Below the pieces are notes generated by a model. It saw only the letters and a list, made by a program, of their open reading frames with translations, did not search any database and had not been told where the DNA came from. From Clostridia bacterium (lineage in GTDB: Bacteria > Bacillota > Clostridia > TANB77 > RGIG9151): a stretch of 12,331 bases of DNA. The stretch is taken from positions 1-12,331 of the forward strand of contig JAEEXS010000045.1 in NCBI GenBank assembly GCA_016287855.1, written 5' to 3'. Every line of letters starts with the position of its first letter. Positions within the stretch are counted from its first letter, which is position 1. The position numbers and the translations under genes are program-made. Shown here piece after piece: positions 1 to 6,750 of this stretch.

Positions 1-1803
1 CTATTGGTAACGGGTAACATAAATAATATAGCTGACATGCCATGTAACCCATCAATAGGAGGTTCGGCCAAAGGAATCGTTGTAAGAGAAATAGATGCTT
101 TAGGTGGAATGATGGGAAAAGTTTGTGATAAAACTTTGATTCAAATCAAGATGCTTAATTCAGCAAAAGGTCCTGCCGTTCAAGCTTTGCGTGCGCAAGG
201 TGATAAAGTAACGTATCCTAAAAAAATGTTAGAAGTATTAAATTCAAGAAAGCATTTAGATATAAAAGAAGCATTGGTTGAAGATTTAATCGTAGAAGAT
301 GGAAAAATTAAGGGCGTAGTTTTAGAAAATGGTGAAAAAATATTTAGTAAAACTGTTATTTTAACAACTGGAACTTATTTAAAAGCAGATATTTTAGTCG
401 GATCAACTAGAACAAGAAAAGGTCCTCATGGGGAAAGACCTTCGATGCATTTATCTGATAACCTAGCTAAATTAGGTTTCAAGATAATAAGATTAAAAAC
501 CGGAACACCTGCAAGAGTTGATAAAGATTCTATAGACTATAGTAAAACTAAATTAGAATTAGGTGATGATACTTATCATACATTTAGTTTTGATGATAAA
601 CCATCATATAAAATTGAAGAACAAATTCCATGTCATTTAGTTTATACCAATGCGGAAACACATAAAATAATAAGAGATAATTTGACTAAGGCTGCCATGT
701 ATGGCGGATTAGATGATATAAAGGGTGTAGGTCCTAGATATTGTCCTTCAATTGAAGATAAAATAGTAAGATTCTCAGATAAAGAACGTCATCAAATATT
801 TATAGAACCAATGGGAGAAAATACTGATGAAATGTACGTTCAGGGAATGTCATCAAGTTTGCCGGAAGAAGTTCAATATGAAATATATCATAGTATAAAA
901 GGTTTAGAAAATGCTAAAATAATGCGCCCTGCGTATGCTATTGAGTACGATTGTATAAATCCTACACAACTAAAAAGATCGCTAGAGCATAAAAGAATTT
1001 CTGGAATGTTTTTTGCAGGACAGATAAATGGAAGTTCTGGATATGAAGAAGCAGCAGCTCAAGGAATCATAGCCGGAATAAATGCAGCAAGAAAAGTACA
1101 AGGCAAAGAAGCTATTGTATTAGATAGGTCAGAAGCGTATATTGGTGTATTAATAGATGATTTAGTAACAAAAGGAACAAACGAACCATATAGAATGATG
1201 ACCTCTCGGGCAGAATATAGACTAGTTTTAAGACAAGATAATGCAGATGTGCGCTTAACACCAATAGGACATGATATAGGACTAATATCAGATGAGAGGT
1301 ATCAAAAATTTTTAACTAAAAAAGAAAATGTTGAAAAAGAAGTAGAGAGGGTAAAGCAAACTGTAATTTCACCAACTGAAGAAGTAAATGAAATTTTAAG
1401 AGAAAAGAACACAAGTGAAATTACAACAGGTGTTCATTTGTCAGAACTTATAAAAAGAACAGAATTAACATATAAAGATTTAGAAAAAGTAGATAAAAAT
1501 AGACCTAAACTAACTAGTGCTGAGCAAGAGCAAGTAGAAATTCAAATAAAATATCAAGGTTATATAGATAGACAAATGATACAAATAGAGCAATTTAAAA
1601 AACTAGAAAAGAAAGCTTTGCCACAAGACATAGATTATAACGAAATAAAAGGGTTGGCTTTAGAAGCTAGACAGAAATTAAATAAACAAAAACCAGAATC
1701 GATAGGACAAGCATCAAGAATTTCAGGAGTATCTCCATCAGACATATCTGTTTTACTGGTATGGCTAGCTATGCAAAAAAAGGGAGGCAATAATGAAAAA
1801 TAA
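1..1803 (+). CDS. mnmG: tRNA uridine 5-carboxymethylaminomethyl modification enzyme MnmG (GidA), 5'-partial (runs off the left edge; about 30 N-terminal residues are missing)
   Basis: The frame is open from base 1, so the TTG at 4 is not a real start. The translation has MnmG hallmarks: [52 protein letters not shown] and the C-terminal [18 protein letters not shown]. The conserved gidA-gidB-soj-spo0J synteny supports the call. Confidence 0.95.
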   Translation, partial: LLVTGNINNIADMPCNPSIGGSAKGIVVREIDALGGMMGKVCDKTLIQIKMLNSAKGPAVQALRAQGDKVTYPKKMLEVLNSRKHLDIKEALVEDLIVEDGKIKGVVLENGEKIFSKTVILTTGTYLKADILVGSTRTRKGPHGERPSMHLSDNLAKLGFKIIRLKTGTPARVDKDSIDYSKTKLELGDDTYHTFSFDDKPSYKIEEQIPCHLVYTNAETHKIIRDNLTKAAMYGGLDDIKGVGPRYCPSIEDKIVRFSDKERHQIFIEPMGENTDEMYVQGMSSSLPEEVQYEIYHSIKGLENAKIMRPAYAIEYDCINPTQLKRSLEHKRISGMFFAGQINGSSGYEEAAAQGIIAGINAARKVQGKEAIVLDRSEAYIGVLIDDLVTKGTNEPYRMMTSRAEYRLVLRQDNADVRLTPIGHDIGLISDERYQKFLTKKENVEKEVERVKQTVISPTEEVNEILREKNTSEITTGVHLSELIKRTELTYKDLEKVDKNRPKLTSAEQEQVEIQIKYQGYIDRQMIQIEQFKKLEKKALPQDIDYNEIKGLALEARQKLNKQKPESIGQASRISGVSPSDISVLLVWLAMQKKGGNNEK

Positions 1804-2485
1804 AGACAAGCTAAAAAAAGATGCAGCAGCAATAGGTGTTTCATTAAATGATGATGAAGCAAAAAAGTTTGAAGAATATCAAAATTTATTGCTTGAATGG
1901 AATGAAAAAATTAATTTAACAGCTATTACTGATGAAAATGATATTATAACCAAACATTTTGTAGATTCGTTATATTGTTTAAAATATATAAAAGCAGGGG
2001 ATAAAATCATAGATGTTGGGACTGGCGCTGGTTTTCCAGGAATTCCAATAAAGATTGTTTCACATGAAACCGAAATCACATTGCTAGATTCTTTAAATAA
2101 AAGGATAATATATTTACAAGATGTTATTGATAAGTTGGGGTTAGAAAAAATAAAAGCTATTCATGGAAGAGCCGAAGAATTTGGTATAAAACCAGAATTT
2201 AGAGAAAAATATGACATTGTAACAGCAAGAGCTGTTGCAAACATGAAAACACTTTCTGAATATTGTATCCCTTTTATTAAAGTTGGAGGAAAGTTTGTTT
2301 GTATGAAAGGTTCGGATTATAAAGAAGAACTTGAAGAGGCTAAATCTCATATAGAAACATTAGGTGGCAAGATAGTAGGGATAGATGAAGTCGTTTTGCC
2401 AGATAGCGATATAAAGCATACTATTATTGTTATTGAAAAAGTTAAGAGTACACCTAAAGGGTTTCCGAGAAGAAAAATAAAATAA
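1793..2485 (+). CDS. rsmG: 16S rRNA (guanine527-N7)-methyltransferase RsmG (GidB)
   Basis: The 230-aa ORF has a SAM-binding motif [17 protein letters not shown] and an RsmG-like N-terminus (..[13 protein letters not shown]...HFVDSL). An AAGGGAGG SD lies 6 nt upstream of the ATG, and the ORF overlaps the mnmG stop by 11 nt. It sits immediately downstream of mnmG, as in most bacteria. Confidence 0.93.
   Translation: MKNKDKLKKDAAAIGVSLNDDEAKKFEEYQNLLLEWNEKINLTAITDENDIITKHFVDSLYCLKYIKAGDKIIDVGTGAGFPGIPIKIVSHETEITLLDSLNKRIIYLQDVIDKLGLEKIKAIHGRAEEFGIKPEFREKYDIVTARAVANMKTLSEYCIPFIKVGGKFVCMKGSDYKEELEEAKSHIETLGGKIVGIDEVVLPDSDIKHTIIVIEKVKSTPKGFPRRKIK
2056..2071. promoter_or_regulatory. parS-like ParB binding site (TGTTTCACATGAAACC) inside the rsmG coding sequence
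   Basis: It matches the Firmicute parS consensus TGTTNCACGTGAAACA at 14 of 16 positions. Its 14-nt core GTTTCACATGAAAC is the exact reverse complement of the core at 2528-2541. It lies 0.5 kb upstream of parAB. Confidence 0.55.
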
Positions 2486-2491
2486 AGGACG

Positions 2492-2524
2492 AAAATATAC
2501 AGCCAATTTTGGCTGTATATTTTT
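2492..2524 (+). terminator. Rho-independent terminator of mnmG-rsmG
   Basis: There is a perfect 13-bp stem, AAAATATACAGCC (2492-2504) pairing with GGCTGTATATTTT (2511-2523), and a 6-nt loop AATTTT. The stem runs into a T tract and begins 7 nt after the rsmG stop. Confidence 0.8.
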
Positions 2525-2526
2525 AA

Positions 2527-2542
2527 AGTTTCATGTGAAACG
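2527..2542. promoter_or_regulatory. parS-like ParB binding site (AGTTTCATGTGAAACG) in the rsmG-parA intergenic region
   Basis: It matches TGTTNCACGTGAAACA at 13 of 16 positions. The core GTTTCATGTGAAAC is the reverse complement of the 2057-2070 core. It sits between the rsmG terminator and the parA promoter region. Confidence 0.6.
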
Positions 2543-2574
2543 AAAAAATAAATCTTTTTTTTTATAAATATATA

Positions 2575-2583
2575 TGTTAAAAT
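2575..2583 (+). promoter_or_regulatory. Putative extended -10 element (TGtTAAAAT) of the parA-parB promoter
   Basis: A TGn + TAAAAT element lies about 30 nt upstream of the parA ATG (2614) and the AAGGGAGG SD (2599-2606). The -35 region is only a T-run, so the call is motif-based and weak. Confidence 0.35.
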
Positions 2584-2613
2584 TAAGATGTCATTTTAAG
2601 GGAGGAAAAAGAT

Positions 2614-3378
2614 ATGGGAAAAATCATAGCTATAACTAACCAAAAAGGCGGTGTTGGAAAGACAACGACTGCTATTAACTTAAGTGCATCTTTAGCATTA
2701 AAAGGCAAAAAAGTTTTGCTAGTAGATGCAGATCCGCAAGGTAATGCTACTAGTGGATTAGGAATAAACAAATCTAAAGAGAACAAAAATATTTATTCTG
2801 TTATGGTAGATGGAGAAGATATAAAAGAAAGTATAATAAGTACGAAGGTAAAAAACTTGTCTGTTTTACCATCTAGTATAGATTTGGCAGGTGCAGAGCT
2901 AGAATTAGCAGGAGTTATGGCAAGAGAGTTTGTATTAAAAACAGCTCTTGATGAAATAAAAGATAATTATGATTACATATTAATAGATTGTCCTCCATCT
3001 CTTGGATTACTTACCCTAAATGCATTATCTGCTGCAAATTCGGTTTTAATTCCTATACAGTGTGAGTTTTATGCTTTGGAAGGGTTAGGGCAACTCACGA
3101 ATACAATTAATAAATTAAAAAAGAAGTTAAATGTTAATCTTGAAGTTGAGGGCATAATTCTTACAATGTACGAAGCAAGAAGAAAATTGTCTAAAGAAGT
3201 TGCTGAAGAAGTAAGAACACATTTTAAAGATAATGTTTTTGATGTTGTTATACCTAGGAATGTTAAATTAAGTGAGGCTCCAAGTCATGGATTACCTATT
3301 TATGCTTATGACAAAAATTCAATAGGCAATAAGAGTTATAAAGATTTGGCAAGAGCAATATTAAATAAAAATAAATAG
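2614..3378 (+). CDS. parA: Chromosome partitioning ATPase ParA/Soj
   Basis: The 254-aa ORF has the deviant Walker A KGGVGKTTT at residues 11-19, plus LLVDADPQGNAT and ILIDCPPSLG motifs. A strong SD is present, and it sits immediately upstream of parB. Confidence 0.95.
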   Translation: MGKIIAITNQKGGVGKTTTAINLSASLALKGKKVLLVDADPQGNATSGLGINKSKENKNIYSVMVDGEDIKESIISTKVKNLSVLPSSIDLAGAELELAGVMAREFVLKTALDEIKDNYDYILIDCPPSLGLLTLNALSAANSVLIPIQCEFYALEGLGQLTNTINKLKKKLNVNLEVEGIILTMYEARRKLSKEVAEEVRTHFKDNVFDVVIPRNVKLSEAPSHGLPIYAYDKNSIGNKSYKDLARAILNKNK

Positions 3379-3389
3379 AGGTGAATGAA

Positions 3390-4262
3390 ATGAAAAAAAG
3401 TTTAGGAAAAGGATTAGATGCACTTTTTGGGTCAGAAATAGAAAATCAAATTCAAGAGATATCTAATAATTCTAACAATAATATGATTACTGAACTAAAA
3501 TTATCTCAAATAGAACCAAATATAAATCAACCTAGAAAAGATTTCGACGAAGAAAAAATAGCAGAACTTGCAGAATCAATAAAAAGTAATGGTTTAATTC
3601 AACCTATAGTTGTATCTAAAGATGGTAATACATACAAAATAATAGCAGGAGAAAGACGTTGGAGAGCAGCTAGAGTTGCAGGTTTAAAAACAGTGCCTGT
3701 ATATATAAAAGAAAATATAAAAGGTCAAAAGCTATTAGAATTAGCCTTGATAGAAAATTTACAAAGGCAGGACCTAAATTCAATAGAAGAAGCAAATGCA
3801 TATCAGTCATTAATTAATGAATATGGCATGACTCAAGAGCAAGTTGCTAATGTAATAGGGAAAAGTAGGCCTAAAATTGCAAATTCCGTAAGACTTCTTA
3901 ATTTAGATGAAAGAGTTCAAGAAATGCTTATAAGTGGAAGAATTTCTGAAGCGCATGCAAGAGCAATCATTCCTGTTGAAAAAAAAGACAAGCAATACGA
4001 ATTGGCTTTGTTAATAGAGAAAAAAGGGCTTAGCGTAAGAGAAATCGAAATGCTTATGAGAAATAAAAAGAAAGCTGGACATACTCAGAAAAAAGAAGAT
4101 ATTTTTACTAAAAATATTGAAGAAAGTATGAAAAGCTATTTAGGGACAAAAGTAAAAATCGTTCCTAAGTCAAAGGAAAAAGGAAAAATTGTAATAGAAT
4201 ATTTTTCAAATGATGATTTAGATAGAATAATGGATATTATCGGAATGGATAAGGCTTATTAA
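3390..4262 (+). CDS. parB: Chromosome partitioning protein ParB/Spo0J (CTP-dependent parS-binding clamp)
   Basis: The N-terminus is MKKSLGKGLDALFG, the ParB box is IIAGERRWRAARVAGL, and there is an HTH region (QEQVANVIGKSRPKIANSVRLLNL). I place the start at ATG 3390, which has a GAGGTG SD at 3378-3383 with a 6-nt spacer, rather than at the in-frame GTG at 3381. Confidence 0.95.
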   Translation: MKKSLGKGLDALFGSEIENQIQEISNNSNNNMITELKLSQIEPNINQPRKDFDEEKIAELAESIKSNGLIQPIVVSKDGNTYKIIAGERRWRAARVAGLKTVPVYIKENIKGQKLLELALIENLQRQDLNSIEEANAYQSLINEYGMTQEQVANVIGKSRPKIANSVRLLNLDERVQEMLISGRISEAHARAIIPVEKKDKQYELALLIEKKGLSVREIEMLMRNKKKAGHTQKKEDIFTKNIEESMKSYLGTKVKIVPKSKEKGKIVIEYFSNDDLDRIMDIIGMDKAY

Positions 4263-4275
4263 GAGGGTGATATTT

Positions 4276-4797
4276 TTGGAAAGTATGAATGGCATAATAC
4301 AAAATCCAATATTTTTAATTGTGATTTTTAGTATAAATTTTATCCTTATGATTACATTTGCTGTTATCACGTTTATAGTTGGAAAAGCATATAAGCAATT
4401 AAATAATAGATATACAGAGTTTATGTCTAAGCTAGGAGAAGGAGATAAAGTAGAAAAAATTTTATCTGAATATTTAAAAATAGTTGATGAAAATGCTAAA
4501 AAGATAAAAAGCCAAGAAGAAGCATTAAATCGTTTAGAAGCAAACTTAAAAAAATGCGTACAAAAAGTTGGGCTTATTAGATATAACGCTTATGGAGATA
4601 CAGGAAGTGACCTGAGTTTTACTATGGCTTTAATGGATTCTGAAGATAATGGAATAGTAGTAAACGGATTGTATTCTAGAGAAAGTTCATCTATATTTGC
4701 AAAACCATTGGTAAAAGGCGAAACAAAGTATAATTTAAGTGCAGAAGAAATTCAGGCAATAGATATTGCAAGAGCAAGTAGTAACTCGAGATATTAA
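4276..4797 (+). CDS. DUF4446 family protein (single N-terminal TM helix, coiled-coil region, conserved C-terminal domain)
   Basis: The C-terminal block VGLIRYNAYGDTGSDLSFTMALMDSEDNGIVVNGLYSRESSSIFAKPL matches my recollection of the DUF4446 family, which commonly follows spo0J in Firmicutes. The start is uncertain. TTG 4276 is 8 nt after the GAGGG SD, and GTG 4267 and ATG 4285 are the in-frame alternatives. Confidence 0.8.
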   Translation: MESMNGIIQNPIFLIVIFSINFILMITFAVITFIVGKAYKQLNNRYTEFMSKLGEGDKVEKILSEYLKIVDENAKKIKSQEEALNRLEANLKKCVQKVGLIRYNAYGDTGSDLSFTMALMDSEDNGIVVNGLYSRESSSIFAKPLVKGETKYNLSAEEIQAIDIARASSNSRY

Positions 4798-4826
4798 TGA
4801 AAATATGGGCAAATTGAAATATTTAC

Positions 4827-4855
4827 TTGAAAAAATTATCTATTTATGCTAATAT
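4827..4855 (+). promoter_or_regulatory. Sigma-A type promoter of the tRNA cluster
   Basis: The -35 is TTGAAA (4827-4832), followed by a 17-nt spacer and an extended -10 TGcTAATAT (4847-4855). The predicted start is a few nt before tRNA-Gln at 4866. Confidence 0.6.
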
Positions 4856-4865
4856 AATATAGCAT

Positions 4866-4939
4866 TGCGGAATTGTGTAACGGTAGCACAAATGACTCTG
4901 ACTCATTTAGTGTAGGTTCGAATCCTGCTTCCGCAGCCA
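4866..4939 (+). tRNA. tRNA-Gln (anticodon CTG)
   Basis: Hand-folded cloverleaf: acceptor TGCGGAA/TTCCGCA with the U1:A72 pair typical of bacterial tRNA-Gln, D stem GTGT/GCAC, anticodon stem AATGA/TCATT and loop CTCTGAC. The T arm is GTAGG-TTCGAAT-CCTGC, the discriminator is G, and CCA is encoded. Confidence 0.9.
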
Positions 4940-4948
4940 AATAAATAT

Positions 4949-5023
4949 GGCGCATTGGTCTAGCGGCTAGGACATCACCCTCTCAAGGTGGTAACAGGGG
5001 TCCGATTCCCCTATGCGCTACCA
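4949..5023 (+). tRNA. tRNA-Glu (anticodon CTC), with non-canonical T-loop and G1:U72
   Basis: Hand-folded: acceptor GGCGCAT/ATGCGCT, a Glu-type D arm GTCT-AGCGGCTA-GGAC, anticodon stem TCACC/GGTGG with loop CTCTCAA, and a 4-nt variable loop. The T arm is AGGGG-TCCGATT-CCCCT and ACCA is encoded. The overall similarity to bacterial tRNA-Glu is clear. Confidence 0.8.
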
Positions 5024-5027
5024 AAAA

Positions 5028-5048
5028 AAGACGCTTTAATAGCGTCTT
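5028..5048. terminator. GC-rich hairpin between tRNA-Glu and tRNA-Leu (terminator-like)
   Basis: The stem is AAGACGCT (5028-5035) pairing with AGCGTCTT (5041-5048), with loop TTAAT. On the plus strand it is followed only by ATAATTT. On the minus strand it is followed by a 7-nt T run (the complement of A5023-A5029). Confidence 0.4.
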
Positions 5049-5055
5049 ATAATTT

Positions 5056-5139
5056 GCGAGTGTGCTGGAATTGGCAGACAGGCACGTTTGAGGGGCGTGT
5101 GTCTTCGACGTACGGGTTCAAGTCCCGTCACTCGCACCA
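5056..5139 (+). tRNA. tRNA-Leu (anticodon GAG), class II with long variable arm
   Basis: Hand-folded: acceptor GCGAGTG/CACTCGC and anticodon stem CACGT/GCGTG with loop TTGAGGG (G37). The 13-nt variable arm is TGTCTTCGACGTA, the T arm is ACGGG-TTCAAGT-CCCGT, the discriminator is A, and CCA is encoded. Confidence 0.9.
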
Positions 5140-5143
5140 AAGG

Positions 5144-5171
5144 AAAATCAATCAGAAATGATTGATTTTTT
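5144..5171 (+). terminator. Rho-independent terminator of the tRNA cluster
   Basis: There is a perfect 11-bp stem, AAAATCAATCA (5144-5154) pairing with TGATTGATTTT (5159-5169), with a GAAA tetraloop and a T-run extending to 5171. The stem is AT-rich but long. Confidence 0.7.
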
Positions 5172-5198
5172 GTTGCACATTAAAAAATATGGTATAAT
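5170..5198 (+). promoter_or_regulatory. Putative sigma-A promoter of the HIT gene
   Basis: The -35-like TTGTTG (5170-5175) is followed by a 17-nt spacer and an extended -10 TGgTATAAT (5190-5198), which lies 28 nt upstream of ATG 5226. Confidence 0.5.
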
Positions 5199-5225
5199 AA
5201 TATCGGTTTGAGAGGGGGACGTAAT

Positions 5226-5603
5226 ATGGATGAATGCTTATTTTGTAAATGGGAAACCGAAAAAGAAAAAATCATATTAGAAAATGAATACGCTTTTGCT
5301 AGATTTGATGAATTCCCCGTAAGTAAAGGGCATGTGCTTTTTATGACAAAAAGGCATGTTAAAGATTTTTTTGGAACTACATTAGAAGAAAAAAATGCTA
5401 TTTTTGAATTGATGGAAAAGGCAAAAGAAATGATAGATAAAGAGTATCATCCAGATGGTTACAATATTGGTATGAATTGCGGAATAGCAGCAGGTCAAAG
5501 TGTGATGCATATACATGTACACCTAATACCAAGGTATAATGGAGATGTTGAAAATCCTAGAGGTGGAATTAGAGGTGTAATTCCTAAAAAACAGAATTAT
5601 TAA
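5226..5603 (+). CDS. HIT family (histidine triad) nucleotide hydrolase/transferase
   Basis: The histidine triad is SVMHIHVHLIPRY, with an N-terminal CLFC motif and a C-terminal NPRGGIRGVIP. I place the start at ATG 5226, which is 6 nt after the AGAGGGGGA SD, rather than at the in-frame TTG 5208. Confidence 0.9.
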   Translation: MDECLFCKWETEKEKIILENEYAFARFDEFPVSKGHVLFMTKRHVKDFFGTTLEEKNAIFELMEKAKEMIDKEYHPDGYNIGMNCGIAAGQSVMHIHVHLIPRYNGDVENPRGGIRGVIPKKQNY

Positions 5604-5683
5604 AAATTAATAAAATATGTTAGCATTTTAAATAAGCTTTTTATATTTTTATAATATTATTTATAATATAAAGGGGGCCAACA

Positions 5684-6445
5684 ATGGAGATTTATTATGA
5701 AGACGAAAAAATAACAGTAAAAGAAGATATTATATGTTTTATTTTATCGATTCTTTGTTTATATGGGATGTTGGCAATATATGCAGAATTTTTGAGTGGT
5801 AACTTTGGAATAGGAATATTTTTGTTAGTTGAATTAATATTTTTACTATTTGCAGGTGCATTTGGTTATGTGGGATTAGCAAATATAATAAATGCAAAAT
5901 ATAATAGAGGACTTGCAAGAAAAATAATTAATAATGGCATTAAAGTACAAGGTAAAATTATTTGCATTGAAACAGTGTATAAAAGGAATAATAAAGATTC
6001 ATTATTTAGAAAAGCTTTATTTGCCAGAAGAAAAGTTGTTGAAGTGGGTAATGACAAAACTAGGTCATATTATGATTACGCAAAGGTTGAGTATGAATAT
6101 AATGGTACGACTTATGATATCAATACCCCGTATATATTTTTTTATCCTAATGATTTAATAAATAATAATGTTGACGTATATATTTATAACGATATGTGCT
6201 ATGTTGATAATTTTAAAATTGATAATGAAAAAATAGCTTCAAGTAATAATAAACAAAAGAAATTTTACCTATCTATTATAATTTCATTTTTAGTAGTGGT
6301 ATTTTTAATAGTGTTATCATTTTATTTAAGCTCAATAAATGTTATTAATGTTCAATCAGCATTTAGAAATTTCAAAGTATGTGTGGGTTTATATATAGTT
6401 ATCGTAACTATGCTATGTTTGAGGTATATTTCCTCAAAAGATTAA
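5684..6445 (+). CDS. Hypothetical 4-TM membrane protein with a central beta-rich soluble domain (tentatively DUF3592-like)
   Basis: The 253-aa ORF has an AAAGGGGG SD 5 nt upstream of the ATG. There are two N-terminal and two C-terminal hydrophobic helices. The central segment ..GIKVQGKIICIE...YYDYAKVEYEYNGTTYDI...VDVYIYND.. resembles the DUF3592 pattern as I remember it. The family assignment is not verified. Confidence 0.7.
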   Translation: MEIYYEDEKITVKEDIICFILSILCLYGMLAIYAEFLSGNFGIGIFLLVELIFLLFAGAFGYVGLANIINAKYNRGLARKIINNGIKVQGKIICIETVYKRNNKDSLFRKALFARRKVVEVGNDKTRSYYDYAKVEYEYNGTTYDINTPYIFFYPNDLINNNVDVYIYNDMCYVDNFKIDNEKIASSNNKQKKFYLSIIISFLVVVFLIVLSFYLSSINVINVQSAFRNFKVCVGLYIVIVTMLCLRYISSKD

Positions 6446-6495
6446 ATGTTATTAAATACGTGGAGGATCTGTAAGAGTTAAAAAGGAGAAACAGT

Positions 6496-6729
6496 ATGGA
6501 GAAGTTAAAAATAAAAGGTATATATAGGCATTTTAAAGGCGATTTATACCTAGTCGAGGATATTATATATAATAGTGAAACAGAAGAAAAAATGGTTGCA
6601 TATAGAGCTTTATATGGAGATAATAAATTATGGTGTAGACCATATGATAACTTTTTTGAAGAGGTTAATAAAAACGGTCAAAAATATAGATTTGAGTTAC
6701 AAGAAGTAAAAAGTGTAAAAGAAAAATGA
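6496..6729 (+). CDS. DUF1653 domain-containing protein
   Basis: The 77-aa ORF has an AAAGGAG SD. The sequence GIYRHFKGDLYLVEDIIYNSETEEKMVAYRALYGDNKLWCRPYDNFFEEV fits the characteristic DUF1653 signature (YRHYKG..Y.V...A.HSET.E..V.Y..LY.....W.RP...F). Confidence 0.85.
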   Translation: MEKLKIKGIYRHFKGDLYLVEDIIYNSETEEKMVAYRALYGDNKLWCRPYDNFFEEVNKNGQKYRFELQEVKSVKEK

Positions 6730-6750
6730 GGATTACTCCTCGTTTTTTTT
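6726..6750. terminator. Compact bidirectional hairpin terminator shared by the convergent DUF1653 and gtrA-like genes
   Basis: The stem is GAGGA (6728-6732) pairing with TCCTC (6737-6741), extendable by U:G and A:U pairs, with loop TTAC. It is flanked by AAAAA on the left and T8 on the right, so either strand sees a hairpin followed by a T-run. The stem is short, so strength is uncertain. Confidence 0.45.

Noticed and set aside
1837-1852. Additional half-matches to parS: TGTTTCAT at 1837-1844 and at 8242-8249, and GTGAAACA at 6575-6582
   Set aside because: Only one half-site matches in each case, and the other 8 nt are unrelated to the palindrome. Such 8-mers are expected by chance in AT-rich sequence.
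1635-2350. Three minus-strand ORFs (1635-1862, 1879-2079, 2141-2350) antisense to mnmG and rsmG
   Set aside because: They lie entirely inside confidently identified conserved genes. Their translations are F/L/S/K-rich junk typical of antisense frames in AT-rich DNA, and I saw no SD motifs.
2583-2786. A 67-aa minus-strand ORF overlapping the parA start
   Set aside because: It is antisense to the highly conserved Walker A region of parA and has no independent signals.
5048-5053. A perfect TATAAT 2 nt upstream of tRNA-Leu, considered as an internal promoter
   Set aside because: It is too close to the mature 5' end, so the start would fall inside the tRNA. The -35 position is an A-run and part of the hairpin. 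It is more likely a coincidental AT-rich spacer.
5866-6158. Two short ORFs (5866-6057 on minus, 5934-6158 on plus in another frame) inside the 4-TM protein gene
   Set aside because: They are nested in a longer ORF that has a good SD and a coherent TM architecture. No start signals are present, so they are probably chance ORFs.
5226-6729. HIT + 4-TM protein + DUF1653 considered as a possible three-gene defence or toxin-immunity module
   Set aside because: The gaps of 80 and 50 nt carry possible independent promoters. None of the three has a nuclease, NTPase, sensor or pore-toxin signature that I can recognise. HIT and DUF1653 are common stand-alone housekeeping-type genes. No positive evidence links them beyond adjacency.
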